A program made the position numbers and the translations under genes. From Hyphochytrium catenoides (Eukaryota > Protista > Hyphochytriomycota), in assembly GCA_900088475.1 (NCBI GenBank), contig FLMG01000547.1:1-64000 (forward strand): a stretch of DNA of 64,000 bases, in the 5' to 3' direction. The notes below the pieces were generated by a model, which saw only the letters and a list, made by a program, of their open reading frames with translations, did no database searches and had not been told where the DNA came from. Within the stretch, counting starts at the first letter, position 1. The number at the start of each line of letters is the position of its first letter. Below are positions 34,272-46,102 of the stretch, piece by piece.

Positions 34272-36074
34272 ATGGCCCTTCCTTCTTCCCGGAGAATAAA
34301 CGCGGTAGACGTACTGTTCATCATTGCAGCCTGGCTTGCTGCAGACCTCGCGCAATGCCGCCATGTGCAGTCTTCCAGCTACCAATGGCCTATCATCGGA
34401 GTATGGACACAGCCTCTAAGTGCCAAGGACCGTAATGAGTATATTGCGGGTTCTTATGTCAAGGTAAGGGTCCGAACCGTAAAGATTGTAGACCAAGAAG
34501 GGCTAGAATTCTATGTACTATTAGTGGCTTGAAGCGTCGGGGGCGCAAGTGATCCCGTTGCCGTACAGCGGCAGCCGCAAAGAGTTAGACGGTCTGCTGA
34601 AGATGGTTAATGGGATTCTGATACCAGGTAAGGACTAGATTAAAGGATTGCTGTTCGCACAACATCAAATTTCTTTCTAACCATTTATGCTGATGAAAGG
34701 CGGTGATGCCACTTTAAATGATAACATCAGATACGTCTTCCAGCGGGCTCTGGCGCTAAACGACGTGGGACACTACATGCCGTACGTGTGCCGCCGTCTG
34801 CTTTAAAGTGGTTTAGATGACGCATCTGATCCCTTACTGGACGGGCAGGATATGGGGCACCTGCATGGGGTTCGAGTTCCTGCTACAGTGCGTGGGAGAC
34901 GATGAACACTCTAAAGACACAGTTCTCGAGTCAGGCTTTGCAGCTTGGAATATTAGCCTTCCACTGGACTTCACTTCTGCAGGTATCTCCGTTCACCCTG
35001 TTGGTAGTAATGAAGGCTGATTATTTGGATAAAAGCTCACCCCCAAACTCAGCTAGGCGAAGTCGGCTGTTCTCGAAAGAGAGTGAGGAGCAGATGTCGA
35101 TGTTAGGGAGTAAGAACGTCACCATGAACAATCACGTGGTGAGTTCTTTATAAGAAGTGATATCATATATGACGGATGAAGACCAACTGCTAAACCTCAA
35201 TGACTAATAGCAAGGGATCCGGCTCAGCTCCTTCAACAGTCATCAAAGGCTCTACGAGTTCTTCGATGTATTGTCAACAAACACGGTAGGCATTGCCGAT
35301 CACTATATCTCCTGCGCCTCATATACTCGGACTAACATAATTCTCTTGGTGCTATAGGATCGCAACGGGGTGGAGTTCGTCTCTGTAAGTGCCTCTATCT
35401 CCTTTTGGTAAGAGCATTATCGTAAGGGCGCTTATCTCTTAGGCTATGGAAGCCAAGAAGTACCCCGTCTATGGTGTCCAATTTCACCCTGAGAAAAATG
35501 TATGAATAGTTCTGCCTGGACAACTGGCTGGAACGATTGAATCAAGTCTGTGCTCCTGTAGGCCTATGAATGGGGATGGAAGGACGGAGCGCCATTTGAA
35601 GCGATCGAGCATGATTCTGAGACTATTGATGCTATGGCTAGACTGTCTTCATTCTTCGTCGCGGAGGCAAGGAAGAGTCCAACTAGGCCGGACATGGAGT
35701 CAGCGCAGAAGCTAAGTGTGCACCATTATCCTGTAAAAGGAAGTCTGGCACCAGATTTCCTGGAGATATTCTACTTTATTCACAAAAAGCAAGAGGGGCC
35801 AAGGTCAGCTCTTCTCCTTATCATCTTCATCGGTCGACGTGCGTTAACTCTCCATCGTCCCAAAATGAATGGTATCAGGAGTCAGATGAGAGGGACCGCT
35901 ATGAACGCCATTGCTGATCAGGAATCGGTGGCGGAAACTGCATTGCCTACTAAAGCCCTCGCAGCGCTTCTGCATCCTTGGTATACCACCCGCCTGCAGA
36001 GCCTGGTAGAAATCGTGACTAGTGCCTTCACGACCAAAGTGCCAGAACGCACACCGCTTCTGACTACCGAATAG
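34272..36074 (+). CDS. GGH: Gamma-glutamyl hydrolase (peptidase C26), multi-exon; 3' end approximate
   Basis: Signal peptide; PIIGVWTQP, YIAGSYVK|WLEASGAQVIP, VNGILIPG|G, IWGTCMGFE (catalytic Cys), TMNNH, YPVYGVQFHPEKN|AYEW (catalytic His), FFVAEARKS. Confidence 0.95.
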
Positions 36075-36332
36075 ACGGAACGATGATTCAGTTCACTTAC
36101 AAGCATCAGTTCTTAGCGAGGCAGGGAGATCCCACATAGAGGCGACATGGGTCTAGGCTCCACCCAGGCGTTAGATAGCGGACCATAGTAGCGTCTACTA
36201 ATAGGAGTTCTAAGCCGCTATGGATTTGAGATGTTACCTTGAAGTCGCTCCTACACTAGATATGAATGCACTGATCCGTCCAAAGCCCTAGCCCTAACTC
36301 TGGTGGCGCATAGAGTCTATATCAGTCACAGG

Positions 36333-36384
36333 TTAGGATACCAAGAATGCGAACGGCTTAGGATACCAAGAATGCGAACGGCTT
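36333..36384. repeat. Perfect 25-bp tandem duplication
   Basis: ttaggataccaagaatgcgaacggc occurs twice (followed by tt). Confidence 0.95.
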
Positions 36385-36973
36385 CTTCACACGCCAATCA
36401 CCGCTAAGCAGACATGACGCAGACCAGGTGTCTCATTCACCGCCCATTGTCCTTATGACCCATGACAACCACCAGCTCAAGGACACTAAAGGAGATACTC
36501 TGATGCTGCCAGACGAGTTTAGCTTGATCCTTCGTCCGTTACAGATGCTGTTCGGTAAACAGCGCGTACACGTGCCGTACATCTGCTGAGAGTGCACTGG
36601 GTCGTTGACAAACGTGTCACCTGTAGGCAATGCTCGAACACTCACCACCACGCTGGTCGCCTTAACCCAGAAGCCGCCGCTGCTGCTGCTGATGCCTATC
36701 CTTCGGTCACCATTCGGATATGTCAGAAAGAGCTGATAGTTGCACTACTAGGACTCTACCCCCTCGGCACTGCCCACGAGTTAGGGCAGAGGGATGCAAG
36801 AAGACCTTGCCAAAGCGCGTGTAGGGCTAAGAGACAATGGCTTGATTGCTCGGCCCCTACCTCCTCCCTGGACGGAGCTGCTTCTATCGTACTGTTTTAC
36901 GGACTAAACTGTCTCGTACTGGTTTTGAAATGGACTAGTTGAAGAACCTTAGTTTGACGGACCCACCACCATC

Positions 36974-37568
36974 ATGTTCAGCAGGCAGGGCTGGGACAAC
37001 CTTCTAGCCTACCTTGCCGGCGATCCGCTCAAAGAGCAGGTCGAGGGGCTCAAGCTTGAGTTGAGAGGTCTCATTCGGACACATGAAGCCTCGAAAAAAG
37101 CGTTGAGCAAGTTCCCTACAAACGTGCTCAAGGCACCAGACTCAGAGGTGCTATCACACTCTCAATAAAGGAGCGAGGTCATCGACTATCTGACGATTGT
37201 GCTCTTCCTCTGTCACTTGATCATGAAGGGTTACACTCCAGCTTGGTTCGCCGTCTTTTACGACTCACCGCTCGTCCTGGAGTATCTCCACTATCACGGT
37301 GTCGACCTTAGTGCCCCGTGTGACGCTATGGTAAGCACAAACGAGTATGGCGATGGCCTCGGTGGCGACCTTCCCAGGTTGCTTGGCGGGCTCCCTACTT
37401 CCCCTCTGTCTACTATTGCCGTTTCCTTCCTTATTAGTGCTAGATTGCTTGATAAGCATGTTATCACTTACCAAATGATTCTGGAATCAGGGCCTGACCC
37501 CCATCATGTGGGCAAGGAACAAGAACAGACAAGCCGCCGTGCTTACAATCGAGCGACTCCTGCGGTAG
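36974..37568 (+). CDS. Small ankyrin-repeat protein (~117 aa), 3 exons
   Basis: Exons 36974-37147, 37229-37330 and 37491-37568 splice in frame: ...DSE|GYTPAWFAVFYDSPLVLEYLHYHGVDLSAPCDAM|GLTPIMWARNKNRQAAVLTIERLLR*. Confidence 0.8.
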
Positions 37569-39290
37569 AAGCAGTTTGTGTCGGACACGTAGCTGGAGAG
37601 CTCCTCCTGTCTTGCTCAAGGCGCCTTGCTGGCACTTGCATTGCTGCTGACAGCGTCCAGACTTCATTCCTTCTGTCTTCGCAAGCATCATTTTCCACCA
37701 GTACCACTAGATCATTAGCCTTGCTTGTCGCCATATAATTATGCACGCACATACTATGGCAATCAGCCAGCGCCTCCGCGGCCGTAGTGAGGGCTGATAC
37801 GGCACGAGTACTTCCGTACTAGATCTCCATGATGGGCGTAGTACTGACTTTAGGCATCAAGCAAAGTCCTCACCACGCATCTCGTCTTCTACGTCAACCC
37901 AAACCCTGCTTCCATATCTCGCCCCTCCGATACGACGCTAAACTTTGCTTTTCCGATGCTAGAGGAGGCACTACATTCGCCCTTCTCTATTATGACCTCT
38001 CTCTTGTCGTCTGCGGCTGCTGGCAGGGGAGAAGGGAGACAGCGGACAGCCGTTGTCCTCCATACTACAGGCAAGGCAGGAGCGCGTTTGGTTCCACGTC
38101 CGGGATTCTCGTCCCCACGTCTGGTATTTTGACGCAGCAGGGCACTGCGTCGGCGTTCTTAGCCGCCCCAGCAATGATGCCGCCGGTCAGTACTTCAGTT
38201 CTCAAGGAATCTCAAGGATGATTTAGAGAATGTTGAAGCCCCTAAGCTTAAGGAAAACATGGCAATCAGACGCAGTAGTCCATAATAGCAATCATCCAAT
38301 CATACCAGCGTTCTCCTCTTTGCGACGTTCTCCGCAGATAGATATGAAGGGTAGCATCATCATCTTCTGGAGAAGCGGGACCTGTTGCCGCGACGTGGAG
38401 AAGCGAGCAATCAGCGACGGCCAGGCAGTAGAGTTTGGTGATCTCCTCCTCTCCTATTCCTCATTGCTACAGCTAGTACCGCAGCTAGCGCCAACAATAG
38501 AACCACTGCTCTTCTGCTACGTAGTACTAACATTATACTGCCGCAAATTACGCTGCAGCTATTACCGTGCGGCTGCTGCTGCCGTTCTTCTCTGCGTGAG
38601 ACCCAGACAAACCAAGAAGAGCAAGCGAAGGATGTCCTCAGAAATGTCTGTCCACTGTCCACAAACGAGGATGCCGAGCAACAAAAAGCATCTGTCAGCA
38701 CCGTGCCGCTGGCCGTTACCTTCCCCTCAAACTGAAACGGCGCTGGGGCCAGCAGGGTCCAGATCCATCAGCGTCCAGAGCCATCATCCACCAACTTGGG
38801 CTGCTGCCTCGCCTCCTGGTCCGCTGCTGCTGCTGCTGCCCAATGCCTTCAGCATCGGCTCACTAATAAGCGACGATGATGATGATGATGCCGCTGATGA
38901 CCAATAGTGCTGCCGTCCATTTCCTAAGATAGATAATATCTTGGCTCCCCTGCTCTTCTCCCACTACAATAACTGTTACTACCTAAGGGAAGGTACTCTG
39001 TGCTCCTTAGGACCTTGCTACGGTGCCGCTGCTGCCCTGGCCATCCTCGCCTTGCAACCAACCACCTCTCTTGTCTCCCCTCCGCTTTCTTCCTGTTCCA
39101 TAACCATCATCACCTTTGCGGTCAGTCTCAGGGCAAGGAGGAGGAGAGCTCCGTCCAGTCTACGATCGATTAGCAGGCGGCGGACCACTGCTCGCTCGTA
39201 AGAAAGTTCTTCCACTGCCCTCACAACCGTCACAATCACGCAAGAAGCAGAAGATGCAATCTCATCCACGGGGACTGGCGGCAATAGACC

Positions 39291-39803
39291 TTGTCAGCCG
39301 CCGGCAGTAGTAAGAAGTGGAAGTCTTTCAGTGGCGAGATGTCTGCCTCGTCCCCGCCTCCAGCAGCTTCCTCGGCTTCATCATCATCTTCCCCTGCTGC
39401 TGGTGCTCCGCTTACTACATCCGAAGCTTCTTCTTCGGGGCACCATAAAGTGCAGCAGCCAACAACCAGCAGGAGCACGAAGAAGGCTAAGAAGAAGAGG
39501 CGCGCCACGGGCTCTCGTCGTGACCCACAAGCAGCTGAGGAGGATGGAGAAGATGTGGGTTCAGAAGAGCACATTAGCGTCCTGAGGAAGGGCCAACGAG
39601 CTGTACAGTTGAATGGCCATTGGCTCCTGCAGCTAGTGCACAAGCATCTGCCTTCATTTGAATTACAAGGTGCGCCTTCTTCTTCGCCAAGCAGGACAAT
39701 CGTACCGCCGCTTTCGGCGGTGGTAGACCACTGCCTCTTCGGCCTGCTAGCGGTCTTCCCTGGGCAATTGAAATCTCTATCTCGTCCTCTGCGATGCTGC
39801 TAA
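39291..39803 (+). CDS. Possible hypothetical protein or upstream exon (Ser-rich, basic KKAKKKRR cluster)
   Basis: 170-aa low-complexity ORF with an NLS-like motif; no recognisable domain. Confidence 0.2.
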   Translation: MSAAGSSKKWKSFSGEMSASSPPPAASSASSSSSPAAGAPLTTSEASSSGHHKVQQPTTSRSTKKAKKKRRATGSRRDPQAAEEDGEDVGSEEHISVLRKGQRAVQLNGHWLLQLVHKHLPSFELQGAPSSSPSRTIVPPLSAVVDHCLFGLLAVFPGQLKSLSRPLRCC

Positions 39804-42185
39804 TCGTTTCCTGCCACTTCCATTTACTATTTCTCCTCGCTCTATGCTTAACAGCCCTCATGGTCCATTCCTTGGGCTTTTTATTGTGTGCGCGGTATCT
39901 TCAAGGCAGCAACTGGGTAGTCCATCGCTCACGGCTGCTGGAGTTCGGCTGGTGGGACGCCATCGGAGTGCAGGATCCGCGAACGTTCTTTATGCTCAAC
40001 ATGGAAGTCTACGAGGCTCCGCCTGCCGTCTCCCGCTCGCAGTACTGGTAAATAATAAATCTTTTTTGGGCCTTTCCCTGCTGGGTCTCTTCTGACTCAC
40101 ACTGAGTCGTGCATCGCTTCTATTATGTCCCTCAGCCAGGAAGAGAAGACCGCACTAGAGAATCTGTCAAAGGGCTTACCAGGCTATCCCTTCCAGCGCC
40201 CAAGCGAACAGGACCCTTGGTGTTACTCTGCAACCGTAGACTGGGCAAGGACTTTCGCCATCCTGGGTCTGCTGCTTGCCTTATTATCAACGTTCGTTAG
40301 CTTCATCCTTGTCAGATACAAGAAGCTCCCAACATGGGACGGCAGAGGGCGGACCCCTCCCGCCCTTCTGATGCCGTTCCTCAGCGCGACGGAGGGACTG
40401 ATCCTCCTCATTTGCTTGGGTTGCGCGGGAGGGTTCATTGCCGAGATGAAGAAGCAGTGTCCCGTGTATGTTTCAAACCTTGGTAGTCTTATGGAGTGTG
40501 TCGTACCAGGGACAGCCATTGGAGGCGTTGTGGCGGCAATGATGGTGCATCTGGCCTTCACTGCGCTCTTACTCTTACTAAGGGCTCATGAGGTAAGCCA
40601 ATCCAGCTTCAGCTGCTCCTTTATACACTGGTTTATCCTTCTTATTATTAGGCGTTCGAGAGGTTTCGCGTCAGTGGCGTACGAGTTGACAGCATGATCA
40701 AGGAGGTACAAGCAGGTAAGGCGCCATAGTTTCAAAATGTTGCCGAGATTTCTCGGAATCTCTCGACAAGCTCTACTAATGGCATCTCTGGTACTGGCCT
40801 GTGAAAGAGAATATTCGAGGTGTCCTCGGAAGCATTGTCCGAGGGATCCAGGTAAATGTGCGCGGGACTGATGGCCGCACGGCGCTACACTGGGCCTCGA
40901 TCCTCAATCGGAGGGCTATCGTCCAGGCTTTGCTCCAAGCCGGTGCAGACCCCAATATTCTCGATGTAAGGATGAAGAAAGCCTCCAAAGTTATTCATTT
41001 CGACAATTTTTCTCTAGCAGTATTGCATTCTTGCTCTCCATTCAGTAGCGAGCCTTCTGACCAAGCCAACCCTTAGTCATCCTGCCGACTCTTCCGTCCT
41101 ATCTAGACCCATTTCAGACGCAATTCTTTTCTTGCTCGCAACTTCTTGCATCACGCTAGGTACGCTAACACCAATCTTGATCATTGTTCTTCTAGACGGA
41201 AGGGTGGACGTCCTTGCATCACGCTAGGTAAGCGGCTCATTCAGAACCTCCAGCGTTGCTTGACCTCAAGACGATAGAGCTGAGATGTGAGTATTAAAAC
41301 GTCAAATTCATCGCTATTACCATTTTCTCTTTATATACAGCCGCGAGGGGCATGCAGATGTCGTGCACCTGCTGGCCATGCAAGGCGCTAGCACGAATGC
41401 CAGAGTAAAGGACGCTACCTCTCCAGGACTGACGGCATTGATGCTGGCAGCTGCCGGCGGTCACGATAAGGTTATCGAAGCATTGCTGGCCGCCGGAGCG
41501 AGCGTCGATGAACCGAATGTAAGCCTTGCCTTTGTGGTGATGTTGAACGGCCCCGACCTTTGCAACAGAGACTGGTAGTGCCTCAAGATTTAGCATAACA
41601 CATCTTTTCCTCTTGTGGTCGGACCGCTTACTTGTCCTACCGCCAGCGCCAGAAGCAAACAGCACTGATGCTTTGTGCAGAAGAAGGCCACAAGCACAAG
41701 ATGGTACGCTGTGCCCAAGTACTTCTCAGGAATGGTGCGAATCCTGGAGCTGTAGATGTAAGACTATACCACTTCCTCTCACCTAGCAGGTGCCATCCCT
41801 TCAAACATGGACAATATCAAGGCGGCTGATTCGTAGACCGTGGACTCCGCTTCCCTTTCGTTCCTAGGCCCAAGGGAATACGACTTTGCACTACGCCGCA
41901 ACCTCCTGTGGAGGAGAGGACATGCTAGAGCTGCTTTTAGAATCCTGCGAACCAGGGTTAGCCATGCAAGTCAACAAGGTCAGCGCCGAGTACTTTTGTC
42001 GGAAGAGTCTTTCTGCGGCTGTGTTGCTTCGGACTTACTTTTGAGTTTTTTGCCATTCTAAATCTCACCATTTGCAGAATGGGGAAACAGCGTTGGAGCT
42101 GGCATGGATTGCTGCAAACGAGGTGGCTGCCGAGCACCTTTCGCTTTGGATTGAGGAAGATCGGAGAGTCTTGCAAGACAAATAG
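39794..42185 (+). CDS. Claudin/PMP22-like four-TM protein fused to ankyrin repeats, multi-exon
   Basis: Four hydrophobic helices, with W..H....EFGWW and C......ARTFAILG in loop 1/TM2. Then about 6 ankyrin repeats (DGRTALHWA, EGWTSLHHA, GLTALMLAA, QTALMLCA, GNTTLHYAA, NGETALELA). TAG stop at 42183-42185. Confidence 0.8.
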
Positions 42186-42452
42186 GAAGTCCAAAGAAAT
42201 TAGGGCAATTGTAGCATATATTACTCTGCCAACGAGGTTCAGGACCTTGACCGCGTGCACTATTGAGTTATCGTGATGGCCGTCGCCTAAGAAAGGAGAG
42301 GTAGTACGTCGTCCGGAGAAGATTTGTTCACATTGGTCCCTCTGTGTATTTTGATACTACGGAGCACATTTCCTGGCTACCTGCTGGGGTCGTCAGCCCT
42401 CGTCTGCCATCACGAGACTCAAAGAAAATAGACCACTAGTGAACCCGCGCCT

Positions 42453-45400
42453 CTATGTCGTTTTCTCATCTGACGACCTACTTCCAGCTAATAAACCGAT
42501 TGTTGAGAATCGCCGTGCCTTGTCCTGAGTGCTTGGAGAGAAGTAACTCCCTCGACTGCCAGAAGCTCTTGTAGTCTCGGAAGATGCCCGCCCAGTATTA
42601 ACCTGGTGGTGCGCTGAAGAAGGAGTCCACTGCCCGCTCTCAGCGGGACTTAGTGCGCCCAAACCTGATAGCGTGGGTGTTGGGTTGAAAGCGAGGAGAG
42701 ATGATTCTCTTAGGAAATCATCCGTACTGCCTCGAGGTTCGTCAGCCCTCGCTATAGCTTCGAGCCTCTGCAACAACTCCAAAGCAGAAGGGCGACTTGT
42801 GGGCTCTTCAGCCCAGCAACTGTTGTGCGCCAGACATTGAGCAAAAGTGTTTAGATTTGATTGCATGTTGATCAGAGTCATTACAGAAGAGAAACTCAGC
42901 CCTACCGATCAATGAGCTCTGCCCAGTCCGCAGAACAAGTGCCTGGTAAAAGCTCTGGCCGCTTTCCGTTCACGATTGCTTCCCATACATCAATGTTGGC
43001 AGAGTAAGCCTCGAAGGGAATCCTCTCCATGGCAATCTCCCATAGCACCATGCCTAGGAAAAAGAGACAGTTGGAGAGACAGACATTAAGCGGGCCATGG
43101 TAAAAGCCTTGGTAAAAGCAACATAGCTGTCTCGTACCAAAAGCGAAGATATCCATTGCTTCATTATAAAGTGTTTGCTCCGTGCCCTTGCTCTGGCCTT
43201 GAAGCACTTCCGGGGCCGTCCATCTAGTGGTGCCAACAGCTGTGGACATAAGGCTCGCTTCGCTCATCGAGTAAACCGAGCTATCTGCCAAGCAATAAAG
43301 CCTCATTAGTTGATATAGAAAAGGTCACAATCTTCGATGGAGACCATTTTGAGTCCCCGTCCAGGTATTTGCTGCCACCGTTGCAGCCTGCATCACCCTT
43401 GACGTCCCGAAGTCACAAAGCTACGGAAAACATAGCGTCAATCCTTAGTTTGGGCTTCACTCTTCCTATATAGAGGCAGTCAACGCTTACCTTGGCTACC
43501 CATCCAGATGTGACGAGGATGTTCGGTGACTTCAAATCTCGGTGGATGATAGACGGTGTCATGCTGTGCAGATACTGAAAGGTAAGGCAACAACGTGGAG
43601 AGACTGTCAGGATATATCCTTCCCGTGGTCAAAGGGCTATAGTCGCGCATCACAACTCTTACGGCGAGTCCTCGGGCGGCTCCGACCGCCAGCCGAAGCT
43701 TTAGAGGCCAGGACAGTTTGTCCTGAACTGGCTCAGAGTAACGCGACCGAGTCAGCAGATCATGCAGCGATCCTTTGGAGCAATACTCGCTAAAGAAAGT
43801 GTAAAAGTGAGATGCGGAACGAAGGGAGAAGAGAAGGCCGAACAGCATCATGTGGTCAACTAACCGAGTACTAACCTAATAAGAAGGAGAGAGCCCTCAT
43901 CGAAGCAGACACCTATGAAGAGGACGATGTTCGGGTGGCGGAGGCTGTTCCTATAAACTCAACGGCCAAAGGTAAGCACATCGACGACCGGTAGAAGGGA
44001 GTTTTCTATGTCCTACATTATCTTTGCTTCCTTCTCGATCTGCTTCTCCAAGTCGTAAGATATTGGACTCTGTCGGAACAAAGGCTTTGATATCTTGACG
44101 GCGACTGCTATGCCTCTCCATTTTGCCTATGGTTGGTTATCAGAAGCATATAAGCTTGACCACAGAGGCGAAATGCTATTGGCAGTAGATGTAAAAGGAA
44201 GGTACTCCCTGGGACGCAGAAAAGTTGACAGGTGTAGGAATGACCTTAAACACTGTGCCAAAGGTTCCCGAGCCAATCTCTTCCAGGTCTTTGATTGCGG
44301 ACCGCTGTTGGGCAACACTGGCGTCAGTACTATCGGTACTATGCACGTCAGTACTATGCACCACGCCTTGGCTTCGTCACAAGTTCTTCCTCATACCTGA
44401 AGCGTGAAAAGCTGAGCCTCGGTAACGCTGTACAGTGGCCCATAGCTTGCCATTCTCTCTTCTATATCGCTCGAACTGTCACGTCGGGACGTGGAGGAGT
44501 CACGTATACAGCGCCTGAGACTTCCGAAGGCATCAAAGTGCCAGAGCCCATAAGCACTGCCCTGAGTCAAGCTAAACCCTAATAGAATGTCGTATGCGAG
44601 CCACAGACCATTCATCCTGGTTCCATCCTCTTCCCCACTTGCCATAGCAGTAGGCTCTAAGTAGAAAACCTTGACCGCTACCCATATGCTGACAAGCAAT
44701 TCGACAGTCCAGACAACCACCGTTATCGCCGCGTATCCGAAAAGCAAGCGCTGTGGTCCCTGACTTAGTCTCTGTCCTTTCCCGAAACCCGTCAATATCA
44801 CCTTGAACAGCGTCAGCAAGTAAAGCAAGAGATTCAGCGCTGCGATGATGCAAGCAAACGTCTTCTTGGTCACTGCTGTTGGCTCAGCAGACCAAGCACC
44901 ATAACTCAGTGCCCCGCGGCCTAGAGCGCAAGTTGTTAGGAACACGTATAATCCTGCTTCGCATTCCACGGATATCACGTCTCTAGGCTCAGACTGACGT
45001 GTAGAAAGTCTATCTAGGAAGATCGCTGCTACGGTAGCACAAAGCTTGCATTTCACGTGATTCGGGATCATCCAGAAGGTAGTGAGGCGAACAATAAGTT
45101 CCATGGGTCAACGCCTCATAAGACTGAGCAATCTACGTACCATAACCGCCGTAAAGAAGCAGGAAACGGCAATATGAAGCGCCAGGAGGATGCTCTTCCT
45201 TGTAGTGTGGGAGGAGATGGCAGTCATGGCAACAATAAGACCCAGGAAGACGGCGCTGATGAGGCAAGCAACAAGCAGGATTCGGTAGAAAGCCTTAGAA
45301 GTCTGGCTGTTACAATGAGAGCGCACGACGGTCCAGCTGACAGCGGTGATGCTGGCAAGGGAAGTTCCAGCCAAGGCATACACGGCCTGTATTTCAAGGA

Positions 45401-45903
45401 GATATATTCGAAGCAAGGTGCAGAGACAAACTGGGGTCAAGCTCTCTTACTAAACGTCCTTTGACGATCATAATTGGCCCTTACCATTGTCCCCATCCCT
45501 GGTGAGTAGCTCCGTTCCTGATCGCTGAGGAGGAGCACCGCGTCCATCTTACCGTCTATAATGGAGGTTCGCGATGGGGATGTATGTCACCTTCCATGTC
45601 CCAGCACTTTCACATGTGTCCTTACATGAGGCAGAGTTTGCAACAATTAAGTGCGATTCGTAGGGTTGCAGCTTGAACTCAAAGATAATTTGTCATCACC
45701 TTACCATATGAAGGGATCCAAAAGCCCCAGTGTCCACTTCTATGGACTCGCTATCAGAGGCCAAAGCTAGAAAAGCTTTTGCATTGCATGAAGAGCTCCA
45801 GTAGCCTCCTGCTGAAGGCCAGCATAGACCCCGCACCGCTGCGTAGCCACAGAATTAAGAGCTGTGGCCACCCTCACCGGAGACCAGACCTCTTAAAGCC
45901 ATT
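42453..45903 (-). CDS. 7TM (GPCR-like) - TKL protein kinase fusion, multi-exon; 5' end approximate
   Basis: Seven hydrophobic segments at ~45390-44520. Kinase motifs [11 protein letters not shown]|[60 protein letters not shown]|[16 protein letters not shown]. Confidence 0.88.
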
Positions 45904-46042
45904 GAAGGAGATAAGGGAGAGACTCTGAGGCAGGAACGTGAAGATAGGGGCGAGGCTTACGCACTGTGAAGAGTCAGGCGGGGTCCTCACGCTCCGCTCC
46001 CTCTTGAGCTTGATGGCTTGTGATGGGATGTGAAGCTGCGAG

Positions 46043-46102
46043 AACCGTAGGTGGCGTTACAAGCCACCTACGGTTATCATATACCTCAGCTCTGTGATAA
46101 CC
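46043..46102. other. Perfect 13-bp inverted repeat plus an overlapping 8-bp inverted repeat
   Basis: aaccgtaggtggc-gttacaa-gccacctacggtt; then ggttatca...tgataacc. Confidence 0.85.
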
